This document shows positions 35,165 to 37,422 of a DNA stretch of 37,422 nt, one piece after another. Where the stretch lies: contig NW_024705519.1 of NCBI RefSeq assembly GCF_018977255.1, positions 1-37,422 of the forward strand. Direction: 5' to 3'. The first letter of the stretch is position 1; the number at the start of each line of letters is the position of its first letter. The position numbers and the translations under genes are program-made. This DNA is from Callorhinchus milii. Its lineage: Eukaryota. Below the pieces are notes generated by a model. It made no database searches and was not told the DNA's origin. It saw only the letters and a list, made by a program, of their open reading frames with translations.

Positions 35165-35470
35165 GGGGAGCGGTATTGTAGTGGTTAGCGCCATAAATTA
35201 CTAACCCGGCGACCAAGGTTCGATTCCCGCTCAAGGCCACCATCAGTGATGATTATTTGAACTGGTCCTCGGCCTCCCCTAGGTTGACACAGTCTCAAAT
35301 GAGTACCTGGTGTAGTGTATAAATACTTCCACCAGGGAGACAAAGGCGGCTGATGTGGTGCTGGTCACCCACCCCTTCATGTGCCGTGCTGGTCCTCATA
35401 TGTGCTACTCACCAACACCACTTATCTCAACAGTCTGTTGAAGGCTGCACGGGGTCTATTTGTCTTTGTA
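35165..35470 (+). mobile_element. tRNA-derived SINE (family B)
   Basis: A-box-like TAGTGGTTAGCG and B box GGTTCGATTCC, followed by a central block TAGGTTGACACAGTCTCAAATGAGTACCTGG...AAAGGCGGCTG distinct from family A. Confidence 0.75.
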
Positions 35471-35761
35471 ATGGACTAAATACCTGTGATACAACCGCTG
35501 CATTCAAGCTCTGCAAAGAGTTTTTGTTTTGTTTTTCGCGCATTTTTTTAAAGCACGATGTTCAATATTTGTTTTAATTCCTAGATTATACTCTCACGAC
35601 CAGTGCTGTATTGTGATTCCAGCTTAACCAGTTTATTGTGGGTGATATCTTCTTGTGTAGATATAATGTACAAAAATAAGTTAAACTATAACCTTCCATC
35701 GCTACCCAGCAGTAGAGGTGTTCAATTCAAGTAAGTTGTTGGCCAACCTTAAACTAAACAA

Positions 35762-35952
35762 ATTATTTTCCCAGCTAATACTCTGAACGTGTTATGTTGA
35801 TTCTAAATGTGGAGGGAAAAACCGGAGAAAAATTCTCCCGACCACTACAGGGACAGAGAAATATACAACAGGCATCAGGGACGGGATTGAACCCACGACC
35901 TCCTGCATACTAGGCGAGGGAGATAACATCTACCTTGCCACTGCGGCGCCGC
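35762..35952 (-). mobile_element. tRNA-derived SINE family A, partial
   Basis: GTTGATTCTAAA...GGGATTGAACCCACGACCTCCTGCATAC matches the 10076-10397 copy. Confidence 0.75.
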
Positions 35953-37422
35953 AACTGGAATGTTGGAAAAGCGTGTAAGGTTTTGAATTCTTTTTTATTC
36001 CCCACGTTTCGTTGGAGATTGCACACGGCATAATGAGGCATTCACAGCAGCTCTTTTTCGCGTGAAACAGCTTCCCGATCCACGTCAGTCAGTATGTGCT
36101 ATGACGTCACAATGACAGCCATGTGGTACATTCTGATTTATTTTTTATCGATGCGTCACAAGTCAGGGCCTTGAATAATCTTGATGTAACTATTTTATTC
36201 TTATCCGTTTTATCTCAGATGCCAGGCTACCTCATTCCACGAAGCACCGTTATGAGCTCACTAAAATAAAATCTCCTTCAGCAGATCGGAGGAAAAGTAA
36301 CTGTACCCTGTCTACACAATATTGAATATGATCAATATTTTGTTGTCATCTGAAGGGAAAATGTACCTTCCATGTGTCTTTCCCAGATCGATGGCGTTCA
36401 AGGTCACTGCTTTTAAATTGCAAACATTTCCTTCACGGTATTCAGTTGGTGCCTCGCGGTGCTGTTAAAATTAAATAATAATAGCCTGCTTGGGCACTGC
36501 AACAACAACAGTGGCCCGGATAGATTTTGAGGACCATTAATGAGATTTAACAAAAAAATATTTTATTTTTGATGTTCAATAGTATATGCTGTGTATTGTC
36601 TCTGAACTGTGATTCTTAAATATGTTATTCTTAGTTTTGATGTTAGGTTAGTAACACGGAGTTAGACTGTTCTGCTCTCCAGTTTCCTCGGTGAAAAGTG
36701 TTGCCCAATCCTGGCCATCTTGCTCAAAAACGTACTGAAATAACCAACAATAATCAGAGTTGATTGCGGGCTGATTGGTTGTGCTTGGCAGGTTAGGTTA
36801 GTGGTTTGTGATTATTTTGAAGTATATTGTTTGTTATAAAGCTGACGTTTTAATGCCAGTATGACTCTATTTTAGTGTTAATTGGCTATTAATAGGGTTA
36901 ATTAAATAATTGTTTTGGGGATTATCATTGAGGGATGGGTGATACAGTTTGATTGAAGAGGTTGTTGGTGTTTCCTTGCTATAATACACGATCAATTAAT
37001 TTAATAAAAAAGTGGCTGGAGTTATTTGTTCCCATTGTGAATCTAGTGCTGAGTACTCTCGCGGTTTCATGGCAAGTTTATCAAGGTACAGAGGTCGGCC
37101 GATCGCACCCCCTGTGGCGGCTTGACCATTGACGGTTAACCGCGAGATTCCTGTACGCGCTGTAAAATCACTGGCCACTGTTATGCTGCTGCTGCAGAAG
37201 AACACGCGGTGCAATCTCGTCTTCATTTCGTCTTCATTTAATCTTCATTTCGTCACCGTCTAGCCTTCGACTCCGTCTTGTCTCGTCTCTACCTTTGTCT
37301 GCGCCTTCCTCTCCGTCTTGTCTCCGTCTTGTCTCCCAAGCAGTCCATTGCGGGTCCCAGGTCACGCAGTGTTCCCAGCCTCGATTGAGGAGGCAGTGAG
37401 GTTCAGCCGCCCGCGATTTGTC

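Noticed and set aside
35165..35236. tRNA gene
   Set aside because: A and B boxes are present, but there is no convincing acceptor stem and it continues into a SINE body.
37100..37120. CTCF-like motif (GCCACAGGGGGTGC on minus)
   Set aside because: It is a single imperfect match with no supporting evidence.

Overview
This is a eukaryotic genomic window. GC-rich exons plus the repeat spectrum suggest a jawless vertebrate such as lamprey, but that is inference only. It carries one plus-strand, multi-exon TRIM-family E3 ligase gene or pseudogene: a RING exon (3176-3432), a B-box exon (10647-10869) and a terminal PRY-SPRY/B30.2 exon (~27684-28290) with an apparent 1-nt frameshift. The gene sits in dense transposon debris: a full-length IR/DR Tc1 (DD34E) element, a ~3-kb Vingi/Ingi-like LINE, two RTE-like LINE copies, tRNA-derived SINEs, a fold-back element, a 267-bp solo LTR, several mini/microsatellites, and a 3.18-kb non-coding TG...CA element with a GAAG target-site duplication that splits the second RTE. 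Directly after a 30-N gap, ~14 kb (12346 to ~26360) looks like random or shuffled sequence: I see no repeats, TE fragments, exons or credible ORFs there. It is most likely artefactual or filler, and I found no biological system in it. I found no convincing novel multi-gene system in the window.
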